Below, in pieces: positions 54,341-64,000 of a stretch of 64,000 bases of DNA; positions within the stretch are counted from its first letter, which is position 1; each line of letters begins with the position of its first letter. Both the position numbers and the translations under genes were made by a program. The DNA lies in contig AP039696.1 of assembly GCA_051599415.1 (NCBI GenBank), positions 62,001 to 126,000 of the forward strand, in the 5' to 3' direction. This DNA is from Savitreella phatthalungensis (Eukaryota). The notes below the pieces were generated by a model. It worked only from the letters and a program-made list of their open reading frames with translations. It searched no databases and was not told where the DNA came from.

Positions 54341-56749
54341 TTAGGGACTCGATTTCGGTTCGGTGCCAGGGATAGGCTGATGACGACGGGTCGATGAGGA
54401 TGGCTCGTGACGCTGACGGTACGATGGTTGTCGAGTATACCATTTGTCAAAGGCGGCATCGCTGATGTACAAGTCGCCTCGCTTCATAGAAGCGTCGAAG
54501 TCGTCAGGTGACGCGTTCTGCGGCGGCGGATGACTGGGCGACAGGTATTGTGCTTGGCCTCCAGATGAGATGCCGGGCGTCGGTAGCTGCTGTGACAGGT
54601 GCCTGGGAGTAGCACCAGGTCGGTTCTGCTGTTGCTGTGCCAATGCCATTGTAGGCTGGCCGCCGTGCGCGGTCGACGTAGAATGGATTGTAGTATGGAT
54701 GGCTGAGTTGGCACTGAGTGGCGACGAGAGCATGGCTTCTCGTTGCTGTCTAGCAGCTCGAGCTACAGCGCCAGGACGGAATTGACGGCCCCAGCCCAAG
54801 GTCCAAATCGGGAAAGAGAACCATCGTTTGATATGTGCTTCCGACGGACGACGCATGGATTCTCCCAGAGCAGCCATCGACGCTTGCTGCTGAGCGGCTT
54901 GTGCCGACGCCTTGCTGGAACGTCGTGTGGTGTCCCCACCTCGGTTGGTATTGCGCAGTTCCTGCCTGATCACCTGTTGCTGAACAGTGCGGCGGTCGAC
55001 CTCGCTCTGTCGTGCCAAGCCTAAAAGATGATTGTAGGCGTAAGGCACAAAGTCGAGCGCGAGTGCGACCGGCGGGCATGCATTAACGAGAGAATCGCCC
55101 GGTTCCTGTCCATCAGACACCGATACGTCACCAGAAGACCTGCGTCTCTCGATCGAGCGTGCCGCCGCTCGGGGATCCGTTGTTCCGTGCATTCCGAAAA
55201 GGATGCAACGATGCAGAAACAGATCAAGGGCGAGCTTGATTGCCAGGAGAGCGACCATGACAGCATCTTCCGCAAACAGCAAAGAATGAGCCTGTGTCGA
55301 TCCCATACCGGACCATCGCTGTGACTCCAGCTTCAACTTTACAGCCTGCTGCATGATTGCATCTTTCCGCTCAGGCGTCAATTCTTCTCCTCCACCAGCA
55401 GCATCGACCACTGTCTGATGCAGACTGTAGACCTCACAGGCCAGGTATACGAGATGCTGAAGCCCGCCGAGTCTATAGCGCACGAGCGACGCAGAACCAC
55501 TCAAGCCTGTGTCCTTAGTCGTTGTCTCGTCTAGATCTTTCATGGCAAAACCGTCGCCGTAAACGGAATCGACCATTGCGGCACCGTACGTATCGTTCAG
55601 GAAGCGCTGAATTTCGAACAGAGCAGACAAGCAACTTCGTCCGTGAGAGACACGTTCGATAGCGGTTCTGTCAATTCGAGTCCGAAGCACCATCGGGTCG
55701 ATGAAGCCGCCGCGAAGAGCAGCAAACCGACAGGAGATTGCTATACCTGCATTACGTGCAAGCAAGTTGTTAAACCCACGAAGATGGAGGATGAAGGTCT
55801 TCCAGTCTCCCTCAAATGCAGCTTGATCTGCAAGCAACAGTGTCGAGCCGAGGGCCGCATCGAGCATGTCGACGTTATCGGTATGAATGATTTGCTGCAG
55901 AGACTGCAATGCACGACCACGATAGATCATCGTCGCACTGAGTAGCTGGCTATTCGACTCGTGGTGCAACGATTGTCCAGACTGCAGGATCGCGAAAGAG
56001 GACGTGAAGGAGAGCACCGTATACAGGATGCAGCTCGAGACAGCGCACAAGCGATGCAGGTCCTTGTCCCAGATGCCGCCCTCGATAAGGAATGTCACGG
56101 ACGGGATGATCTTGCGTGCCTCGGCGAAACGTCCGAGGGCTCTCTGCTCGAGCGGTGTAAGTTCCGGAATGCCTGCATAGAGGAACTGTACGTGCGTCGC
56201 GATGTCGGCCTGGCGTTGTGGAGGGCCAAAGTGATGCTGGCCAAATTTCACCCTTGAAGGACTTTTTGATCCGAGCATTTCAAGCACTGAGAGAGGATCT
56301 TCTTCTGGCGGGAAGAAGTCCAAAGTGAGATCAGCGTCGAACTCATCTGTGTCATTCTTCATGGATGTGTCGACGTGCATTTGATGCTGCTTCTTGGAGT
56401 GGTGTTGAACTTGAGATCGATCTGCTTGCAGCGGTTGCTGTGCCACAGCTGCGGATGGCTGCTGCGCTGGAGACACGGGCATCGTTTGGTTCCTGGCCGT
56501 GGCGGGTCTTATCGGCTGGACACTCGAAGGCGCTGCTGCCGTTGTTGTGCGAGCACGTCGCGCCGTAGGCGGCCGCTCCGGGTATCCAGGGCATTCGCAT
56601 CCATGCTTGTGACAGTTGCGACAGCCTGGTCGTTCCTCGTCACAACGGATCCTCCTGGCTTTGCAGGTCGCGCAGCCCGTGCGAGTCTTCGTATGAGCTC
56701 TTCTTGGTTTACCAGCAGGAGGCCCTCCAGAAGCGTTCGTTGATGTCAT
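54341..56749 (-). CDS. Zn(II)2Cys6 transcription factor with Upc2/Ecm22-like DNA-binding domain
   Basis: [41 protein letters not shown]; helical fungal TF domain ([20 protein letters not shown]). First ATG at 56749. Confidence 0.88.
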   Translation of the reverse strand: MTSTNASGGPPAGKPRRAHTKTRTGCATCKARRIRCDEERPGCRNCHKHGCECPGYPERPPTARRARTTTAAAPSSVQPIRPATARNQTMPVSPAQQPSAAVAQQPLQADRSQVQHHSKKQHQMHVDTSMKNDTDEFDADLTLDFFPPEEDPLSVLEMLGSKSPSRVKFGQHHFGPPQRQADIATHVQFLYAGIPELTPLEQRALGRFAEARKIIPSVTFLIEGGIWDKDLHRLCAVSSCILYTVLSFTSSFAILQSGQSLHHESNSQLLSATMIYRGRALQSLQQIIHTDNVDMLDAALGSTLLLADQAAFEGDWKTFILHLRGFNNLLARNAGIAISCRFAALRGGFIDPMVLRTRIDRTAIERVSHGRSCLSALFEIQRFLNDTYGAAMVDSVYGDGFAMKDLDETTTKDTGLSGSASLVRYRLGGLQHLVYLACEVYSLHQTVVDAAGGGEELTPERKDAIMQQAVKLKLESQRWSGMGSTQAHSLLFAEDAVMVALLAIKLALDLFLHRCILFGMHGTTDPRAAARSIERRRSSGDVSVSDGQEPGDSLVNACPPVALALDFVPYAYNHLLGLARQSEVDRRTVQQQVIRQELRNTNRGGDTTRRSSKASAQAAQQQASMAALGESMRRPSEAHIKRWFSFPIWTLGWGRQFRPGAVARAARQQREAMLSSPLSANSAIHTTIHSTSTAHGGQPTMALAQQQQNRPGATPRHLSQQLPTPGISSGGQAQYLSPSHPPPQNASPDDFDASMKRGDLYISDAAFDKWYTRQPSYRQRHEPSSSTRRHQPIPGTEPKSSP

Positions 56750-59700
56750 CTTCGTTTGTGCAATCTGTACAATGAGATCGTTGCTGCTTAGTATGAACGA
56801 CAAAAGGGTTTGTCGGTTTGTCGTTTGTCAAATGTCGAGTGTAATCTTGAGACTAGGTCGTAAAGAGCAAGAATATGTTGTTGGATGGTGATAATCGGTC
56901 GTCAAAAGAGAAGGGTAGCTTCTGTCTAATCCTCGCCTTGTAAATTCACGCTTTCCTCTCTCGTTAGTATCCCCGCTGTCCTCGCCTCGCGCTGCTAGAT
57001 CCAGAAAGACCTATTGCATGCACAAACGTTGTTCTGTCCGTGCTGCTGAATGATCGATCAAGTCCTCTATTGGTGAGAAACGGACTTTTAACGTTATGCC
57101 GGCCCGGACCCAGATACGCCGGATAGTCTCGGTTTGTGCCTGTCGATTTTGACCTTACTTCCACGAAATTGTGATTGTTTGGACGTCCGTGACTAGATCG
57201 CGCGTCTAATTGATGGTGAGCCTAATGGTCGCGTCTCTTGATCTCCACTTTGTTGCTCGTCTAGCTCGCTGTCCTCACTCTTGCTGGTCTACCTCGCTTC
57301 CTCGCTTCCTCACTTCCTCACCCAGCCAAGCCAGTTTACCTCTCGCACAGTCGTCCTTCGCTCACTTGAACAGCCTCACTTCCTCACCTGATCCTCACTT
57401 GATCACTGTATCGTTGAAAGGAGAAGATGGGGTAGGAAGATCTCTTATTTTTGTCTCGTGTCGCGTCCTGAGCTTGGGTGACTGGATGTTTGGAGGTTTG
57501 TGATTGTGGAAATTGTGGAGTTTCAGGTTTGCCACCGATCGCAAGGAACACTTAGCGCTCTACAATTTGGAAATGTTTCGTTTCTGTTTCCCTTTCTGCT
57601 TGTATAACGAATGAAATTTCTCCTTCTCCAGCTATATCTTCTCGGTCGCTTCCGATTTCATTTTTGACTTGAGATCAGATCGAGAAATTTGACCTCTTCT
57701 GAATATAGTTGAGGAACTCCGATGAATTTCAAAATTGGTCTGATCATTTGAAATTTCACACCTGTGTCAGAGCGGTAAAGCTTTATGTGTACTTGCGGAT
57801 TTCACCTGAGGCCGTCCAGAATGGCAGCGAGGATAAAGAAGGTGTCGATCTGGGGTTGATTCCTTGATACAGCGGAGTCGAGCAACCAGCCTTGCTAGAA
57901 CGATGATCTATCTGTGCGCGGTGAGCAGCTTGTAAATCCTTGTGGTAACCTCGAACGGTGAAAATGCTCGTCAGCAAGCGGATCGTTTTGTCAGAATGGC
58001 TTGATTCCTGCGGATGTATCCCGTCCCGGTCGGTTTTCTCAGGTCAGACATGATCCCAGGCCTTCCAGCGACCCCCAATTTGATGGAGTACGCTTTTTGG
58101 GTGACCGTCGATCGAGACTATCGAGCTCAAGGAGTCGAAGTATCCGCTGGCTTTTTGATGGTCGAGAAATGCTACGATCGTGTCCTTTTCGCTGCTGACG
58201 ATACAGGGCATGACGCTGACCCTGAGAGGCGGCCCGCTTCACATGTACGATTCAAGTCGAAATGTTCTCCGCACCGCTTGCTTGGATCTGACCCTAGTTT
58301 GAATTGATTTGTGGTGCTACTGTGTAACGCGTGTAAGGTGGTGCTCAAGTGAAATTGAGAGTGAGCTCGCTGGAATGGCTCACCGGGGTATTTTCGATTT
58401 GCTGTAGCTATCTGTGGTCAGACCAGTTTGACCTGTTCGATCTATCTTCATAAGATTCCAACAACCTTCAAATCACCACGCCTCAAGCTCTATAGTGTCA
58501 AAAAGTCGATATTAAATCACGATTGAAGGCAGTGCCGCCAGTCTGGGACATTCAGCAAACGCATATCCAAGCACTAGCAATCTGAACGACGCACAGCTAG
58601 GCAAGCAGATCTGTACTCCTTAAAGTCAATGAAGCACTAATCTGTCACCGATTCCTGAATGCACTATCGGCGATATCCGGCTTAAACGCGCGGCGGACTG
58701 GGATATAATCTTCTCTCAATGATCTTAGCAGCTGCCCCTTGTCATCGAGTTAAGATGCAAGAATTAGGCTCGATCGACGGAAAGACAGGCGGCTCACCCG
58801 GTGAAGACAATCTTCGACGATTGGTCGGCGATGGCAGGTCGGCGTGGAATGCTTCGGCAGACTGTACCCAGATTTTATTAAAGACATGCCGTTCCATTGC
58901 CGACCTTCATCGATCGTCGAATCTTTCCATCATTCCGCCATATGATCTCTGTCCCGCGGCTGGTGATGCGGCGCACAATTTCTATGGTGATAAGTTCAGC
59001 ACTGTAAAATTGTCTATTCACGGCTACTTTACCGAGTCAAGCAGGCATAATGCGAGCCGCCACAGCCGCGCCCGATGACGCTGCCGACAAGCACATTTTG
59101 GCCTGTGCTGCAGTGTAGATTGCTCCTCACTTCGTTTTACGTCATGGTGCAGCTCAAGGGGTTTCATCACAAATGCAAATTCTCTCGCCCTGTGATGCAG
59201 GTCGAACTCAAAGCCAAAATTGTGTTAGAGCACCACTTTCCGGACAAGGCACAGAGCACCACTTTCTGATCGAAGGACGACGCACCAAACGATGTGACCT
59301 TTGTACGTGATATGCCAGCATTGTCAGCTGCACGATATGGCTTGAACAATTCACGTCATCATCAACTAGGGGTTCGCGTGTGTTTACAGGGCGTCGCATA
59401 TGCCGCGCCGCATAGACCTCTTTGCATCTGTAGGGAGATCTGAAACAAGATCAAGAAATGTTCCGCATGCATGAAACTGAGGCGATCTTTGTCGCTCATT
59501 GTCAGGGTGACCGGGTAACGAGCTATATTTTAGCATATGCAAGAGTGAATCTTGGCACGATGGGCATACCTGAGTACTGAATGACACGATTCCTTCTACG
59601 AAGTTTGTGAATCACGGTCAAGACACAATCACATCAATTGAGAGTTGAAGGCACGGTTCAAGAGAAGCACCTGCCAGCAAGGAGAGTGGATATGTCTGGT

Positions 59701-61037
59701 TGCTGTGCATGGTTTCTGAGTGTCGTTAATCGCTGGGCAATTTGAAGCATTCCTTGGCAATGTCCAACAAGCGCTAGTATCTTTTCTTGGACGTCGTATG
59801 GATGCCATGTGAGGCCATGATTAGAAGCAGCTCTGATCCTTGCATTATTGGTGCACATCAATCCTCGATGAGTTTCTCGCGTGTGGATGATCACATCCCT
59901 GCCCCAGACAATAAAAATAGCTCGCCCACTGTGAATGAAAGCCTAGGTCAGTCAGTTAGTCAGTCAGAATCCATGGCCGTACGTAGCCATGGACAATTAG
60001 CTGACCCTGTATGCTCACGGCAGATCTAATTCAGGTCTAGTTCCGATCATCAATGTGATCAGATTGACTAAAACTCGGTAGGACTGAAAGGTCGCAAAGA
60101 TCTAATCCAAAAGATAGAGATCTAATCAATCCACCGCTCGATGATAGACCTAGATTAGCCTGATCATGCATCAAGGATCTCCCTCGCCTAATGACTGAAG
60201 CTGCATGAGTTACACATTGTTCTAATCTCACTTGAAACCTGAGTTATTCTGCGCCTGGCTAAACTAGATTTGCTCCTCGATTGAACTCAAACGCCGCACG
60301 CAGGTTTCTTCAATCTAAAATCCGAAACTCTCTAGTCCCAAATAGGCTGGTCATCGCCATGAGAGAACCTTGTTGATCTGTGCTGCCTATACTGTGCTAC
60401 TGTGGTAGCGTTCAGGCAGAAAGTGTACAGGGCTATTAGCATGTGCAGATCAGCTGCACTCTGGTCTGTCACAGACGTGCTGGCAGTCAGAAGGTCAGTC
60501 AAACTAATTTAGTCAAGTAAAGTCAAGTCAATTCAGTCAGACAGTTTAGTGAACAAACAGCTTTCCTCATCAGCACCACTCTCCGCCTATGCAACAAGGG
60601 TTGACGAGTGACAAACTCACCCAAGAAGGTTGTCAGGTCAGCTGGACTCGAGTCGCACGATCTTGTTGAACAATCTTCTGCGCAAATTGATCACAAGCGC
60701 CGCCAAAGGTTTCCTCATTAGAGTCGCGATTCACAATCAGGAATCTGTTCACGTCGATTTACCGCGCGCGAAGACGTCACCTTGCTTGGTCAAAGTCATC
60801 GCTGGAAGGACGCTATCGAATCAATTGGTGACAAAGGCTTTCGCACCATTGAGCACGTTCTGCATTGCTTCAAGAGCACGATTTTCTTGACATCTCAACC
60901 TGACCACATATCCACTCATTCTCCAACAAGCTCTCTAATGCTGTAACTCGAGCCCGCGCGACATCTAGAAGTCTTGGACACACAACTGCATCTTTAACGC
61001 ATACAGATTCTCTCAATCTGCAATCAAGAACCTACAG

Positions 61038-62570
61038 ATGCAACCGTCACATCCGGTTGCCATGCGTGGCAGCTCGAGCACGACTCGGCCTGGCGCGTCG
61101 GATGCCCAGGATATAACTGCCCTGCCGATCGACCTGCCTATGTCTCAGAACGGGTCGGCGCGCATGCAGTCTTCCAGTATCACCGGAGAGTCTCAGAAGG
61201 ATCATGCGTCCTTCAAGCCTAGTTCTCTTTCCACTCGGCATCGAAATATGAAAAACCTCTCGCTTTCTTCGAGCGCACCTCGCATTCACACATCCTCTTT
61301 GTCGTCCTCCTCGACCGCATCGCATCTGTCCCGGTCGAGTCCTGCAAGCCCACGCTTCTCGCGCCTGGGCAGCAGCGCAGGAGGCTCAGGTCAGATGACC
61401 GCACGTGGTAACGGTCCCAAACTACCGGCGCTTGATACAAGCTTCCACAAGTTGAGATTGAACAAGACGGGGAGCATGCCGATGCTCAACAACATGATGG
61501 AAGTTCCAGCGACGCCGCGAGATACGGCGACCTTCACAGATGCGACAGGGGATCTCGACTCGCAATTGCAATCCGCAGATGACAGAATAACTACCACGAC
61601 CTTGACTCGTCCTCATGACGTCGAGATAGAGCTCGACTACTACAAAGAAGGACCTGTGTGCATCCAGGCGCCCAATCTGTGGCTCTACTCTGCGCCTACG
61701 ATAGCGGAAGCACAGAAGTTCGACGTCGTCATCAACGTTGCTCACGAAATTGTCAATCCGTTCGAGACGGACGAGGGCTTCTGCCGGGATGAGGGATGTG
61801 ACTGTCGTCGACACGCGGCGAGCACAACGGCTGGTGCTCCGTCGCACGCAGGCTCTCGCAAGACCTCAGCTGGTGCGGAACCACAGTTTGGATGCGAGTT
61901 GTCTCCGAGCGTGAGCGATACAGCCGCGACCGCGTCACCCTCCACCCTCTCAACACCCGCAACAAGTCGATCTGGGAGCGTCGACGTCGGGTCGATGATT
62001 GAGTACGTGCACGTGCCGTGGCAGCACAACCAGCCACTAGCGCCTGAATTGCCTGCCCTAGTCGAGCTGATGCGCGATCGGATCGAGCGGAGGAACCGGA
62101 AAGTGCTGGTCCACTGCCAGCAAGGGATCTCCCGTTCGGCCTCGCTCGTGATCGCGTACATCATGGCGGTCAACAAGATGGGACTCCATCAGGCGTACGC
62201 CTACGTCAAGGACCGATCGCATGGCGTCGGACCAAACATGTCACTCATCTACCAGCTGTGCGAATGGCAAGCTGTGATCGAGAAGGATTCACCACCGGTT
62301 AGTGCTATTGCCATGAGGTCTGCAGCACCAGTCTCGAGAGGGGTTCGGCAGCAGAAGCACGCCCTCACAACAGGACTTGAGTCTGTGTCACCAAAGGCCG
62401 GCAGTCAAATGGACGCGTCGCAGGAGTACGATGCTGTGGTCGACGATGATGACGATGAACGTCATCCTCCTTCAGCAGGCTTCTCAGAAGCGTCCACGGT
62501 CTTTCTTCTCCCTCGTCTACCATCGGAATACACCTACACCCGATACCACGAGCGTATCCTACCCTCGTAA
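61038..62570 (+). CDS. pmp1: Dual-specificity MAP kinase phosphatase (Pmp1/Msg5 family)
   Basis: Docking motif RNMKNLSL, YKEGPVCIQAPNLWLYSAP, FDVVINVAHE, YVHVPWQHN, catalytic VLVHCQQGISRSAS, VGPNMSLIYQLCEW. Confidence 0.92.
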   Translation: MQPSHPVAMRGSSSTTRPGASDAQDITALPIDLPMSQNGSARMQSSSITGESQKDHASFKPSSLSTRHRNMKNLSLSSSAPRIHTSSLSSSSTASHLSRSSPASPRFSRLGSSAGGSGQMTARGNGPKLPALDTSFHKLRLNKTGSMPMLNNMMEVPATPRDTATFTDATGDLDSQLQSADDRITTTTLTRPHDVEIELDYYKEGPVCIQAPNLWLYSAPTIAEAQKFDVVINVAHEIVNPFETDEGFCRDEGCDCRRHAASTTAGAPSHAGSRKTSAGAEPQFGCELSPSVSDTAATASPSTLSTPATSRSGSVDVGSMIEYVHVPWQHNQPLAPELPALVELMRDRIERRNRKVLVHCQQGISRSASLVIAYIMAVNKMGLHQAYAYVKDRSHGVGPNMSLIYQLCEWQAVIEKDSPPVSAIAMRSAAPVSRGVRQQKHALTTGLESVSPKAGSQMDASQEYDAVVDDDDDERHPPSAGFSEASTVFLLPRLPSEYTYTRYHERILPS

Positions 62571-63970
62571 AGGTCAAAACCAGAAACTCAGAGACGATAC
62601 ATGATGACATGGCGAAGTAGGTGAGGATCACATCAGCAGATGAGGCGCGATGAGAAATGGACTTATGTGCACATGCATGAGCACGAGGAAGAGAATGAGG
62701 ACGAGGACGAGGATGGGAAGGACGAAACGGCCACCGAGGGTTGTTTTAAACCAGACGAGGAACATGGATCTTTTCCAGGATTTTTGTACAACACTTCAAG
62801 AATGAAACGAGGAGAGAAACGAGGAAGCTGATGATCAGTGTCCGTGATATGAGGTCTCCCCATCCATTACATTTGAGCTGTGTGGCGTGGTGTGTAAGAA
62901 GGGTGAGGCAGTTTTCCGTGGGCGATGTCCGGTCTTTTGAGTGAATCACGAGCACCACTACATCAGGCATTTCTTTCTCCGCCTCTGAAGATCTGATTCA
63001 CTTGTTCTAACTACACTCGGAACTGCTCATTCCGAATCTGGTCATTCATCCTTGATTGGGGACCAAATCATTTCTACCTACTCCAGATTGGATTTCAGCT
63101 AAACCTTGGCCAAGCTCGCCATTCTGGGATCTGAAGCTGGACACCATTTCGATTGAAGCGTCAGTGGCCTTGTGCCTACTACTACACCACTCACAATTCA
63201 ATCATCTGAATGAGCGACGTTCGATGCATTCTGGTCACAGTCTTCTTTCCATTTCTCTCGTTGTGGCCCAGAGACAAAAGAGAAGAGGACGACGGCTAGA
63301 GAGCAGCGTCAAATTGCATTGGAAGTGGATTTCGAAGCTTAAATGACTTCCGTCCTTTTACTTGCGTTGCGACTACCAATCAGTTGTAAGAATTTCAACT
63401 AAATCTCACCTGAGTTGATTTGTGAAAGGTAATCAGGTTAAAAGCAATACTGTACTCTGTGGAAGGCGAGAGTCCTGCCGCTTCCTTTTCTCAGCCAGTT
63501 ACTCATTTCAACCTCGACTAAAAGTTCAATTCAACTAAAGTGTCGTTTATCCGCCCTTCTGCCTGTTTGCCAATATTATACTTATACTATCTTTCATGGG
63601 CGGGTCCATGGATCTCAGTCAATTAACCGCTTGTCTTTGCCTAACAAAACTAAAACGAATGGGCTTCGCCTCCATCATCACCTATCTTCATCCACTTTAG
63701 CGATTCTCAGCTTGGTGAGGATCTGGGTAGAGTACACAAATTCATCATTCACTCATGGCTTTATTTAGATTGATGAATCTTTTCACAACTTGCAGCGCAC
63801 GGGTACTCTGACTCTTCTCTTCTCCCTCAATCAACTCAAACAAAATCCTCCAGACCTACAACAGTCAGTATATATACAATTAATCAACCCATGCTATCTA
63901 TCTCCCTCTATGTCACTCGCTCTCTCCCTCTGCCTCCTCTCCCTCTCTGCCTTTCTCGCTCTCTCCATCC

Positions 63971-64000
63971 CAGTCTCAGTCTCAGTCTCAGTCTCAGTCT
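63971..64000. repeat. (CAGTCT)5+ microsatellite truncated by the window edge, preceded by a CT-rich tract and TATATA
   Basis: Read directly; probably the promoter/5' UTR of a + strand gene beyond the window. Confidence 0.85.

Noticed and set aside
41486..56749. DUF1295, Ymr1, FIT and the Upc2-like factor as a lipid/sterol gene cluster
   Set aside because: Interspersed with unrelated housekeeping genes, no biosynthetic backbone enzyme, and no shared promoter motif found.
59050..59118. PDDAADKHILACAAV resembling a PIN-domain motif
   Set aside because: Frame is closed by stops at 59005 and 59116; too short to be meaningful.

Overview
Gene-dense, intron-poor fungal chromosomal window with about 26 protein-coding genes and no recognisable tRNA, rRNA, transposon or CRISPR array. 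The KH protein and MAPKK look closest to fission-yeast Rnc1 and Pek1 as I remember them, so a Taphrinomycotina host (Taphrina/Protomyces-like) is my inference. Conserved genes in order: Pek1/Mkk1 MAPKK, Csn2, Sea4/MIOS, PIG-Y-like, Yta12/Afg3, Fkh2, Hid1, a Zn2Cys6 factor, PacC/Rim101, Rnc1, a Gap1-type permease, Nup82, a RAD51D-like paralog, Arc40, DUF1295, Swc5, Ymr1, Moh1/yippee, FIT/Scs3, an Upc2-like factor and Pmp1/Msg5. Four low-complexity proteins are unassigned. The strongest signals are regulatory: (1) three members of one cell-integrity MAPK feedback circuit (Pek1, Rnc1, Pmp1) lie in the same 60 kb; (2) dense UCAU clusters, the Rnc1 recognition motif, sit upstream of rnc1 itself and in the sea4 3' region; (3) six GCCAAG PacC sites lie upstream of pacC; (4) a dehydrin-like hydrophilin has a perfect CRE upstream; (5) a PIG-Y gene is followed after only 76 bp by a secreted Gln-rich orphan. 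All calls come from motif recognition by eye; no database searches were run.
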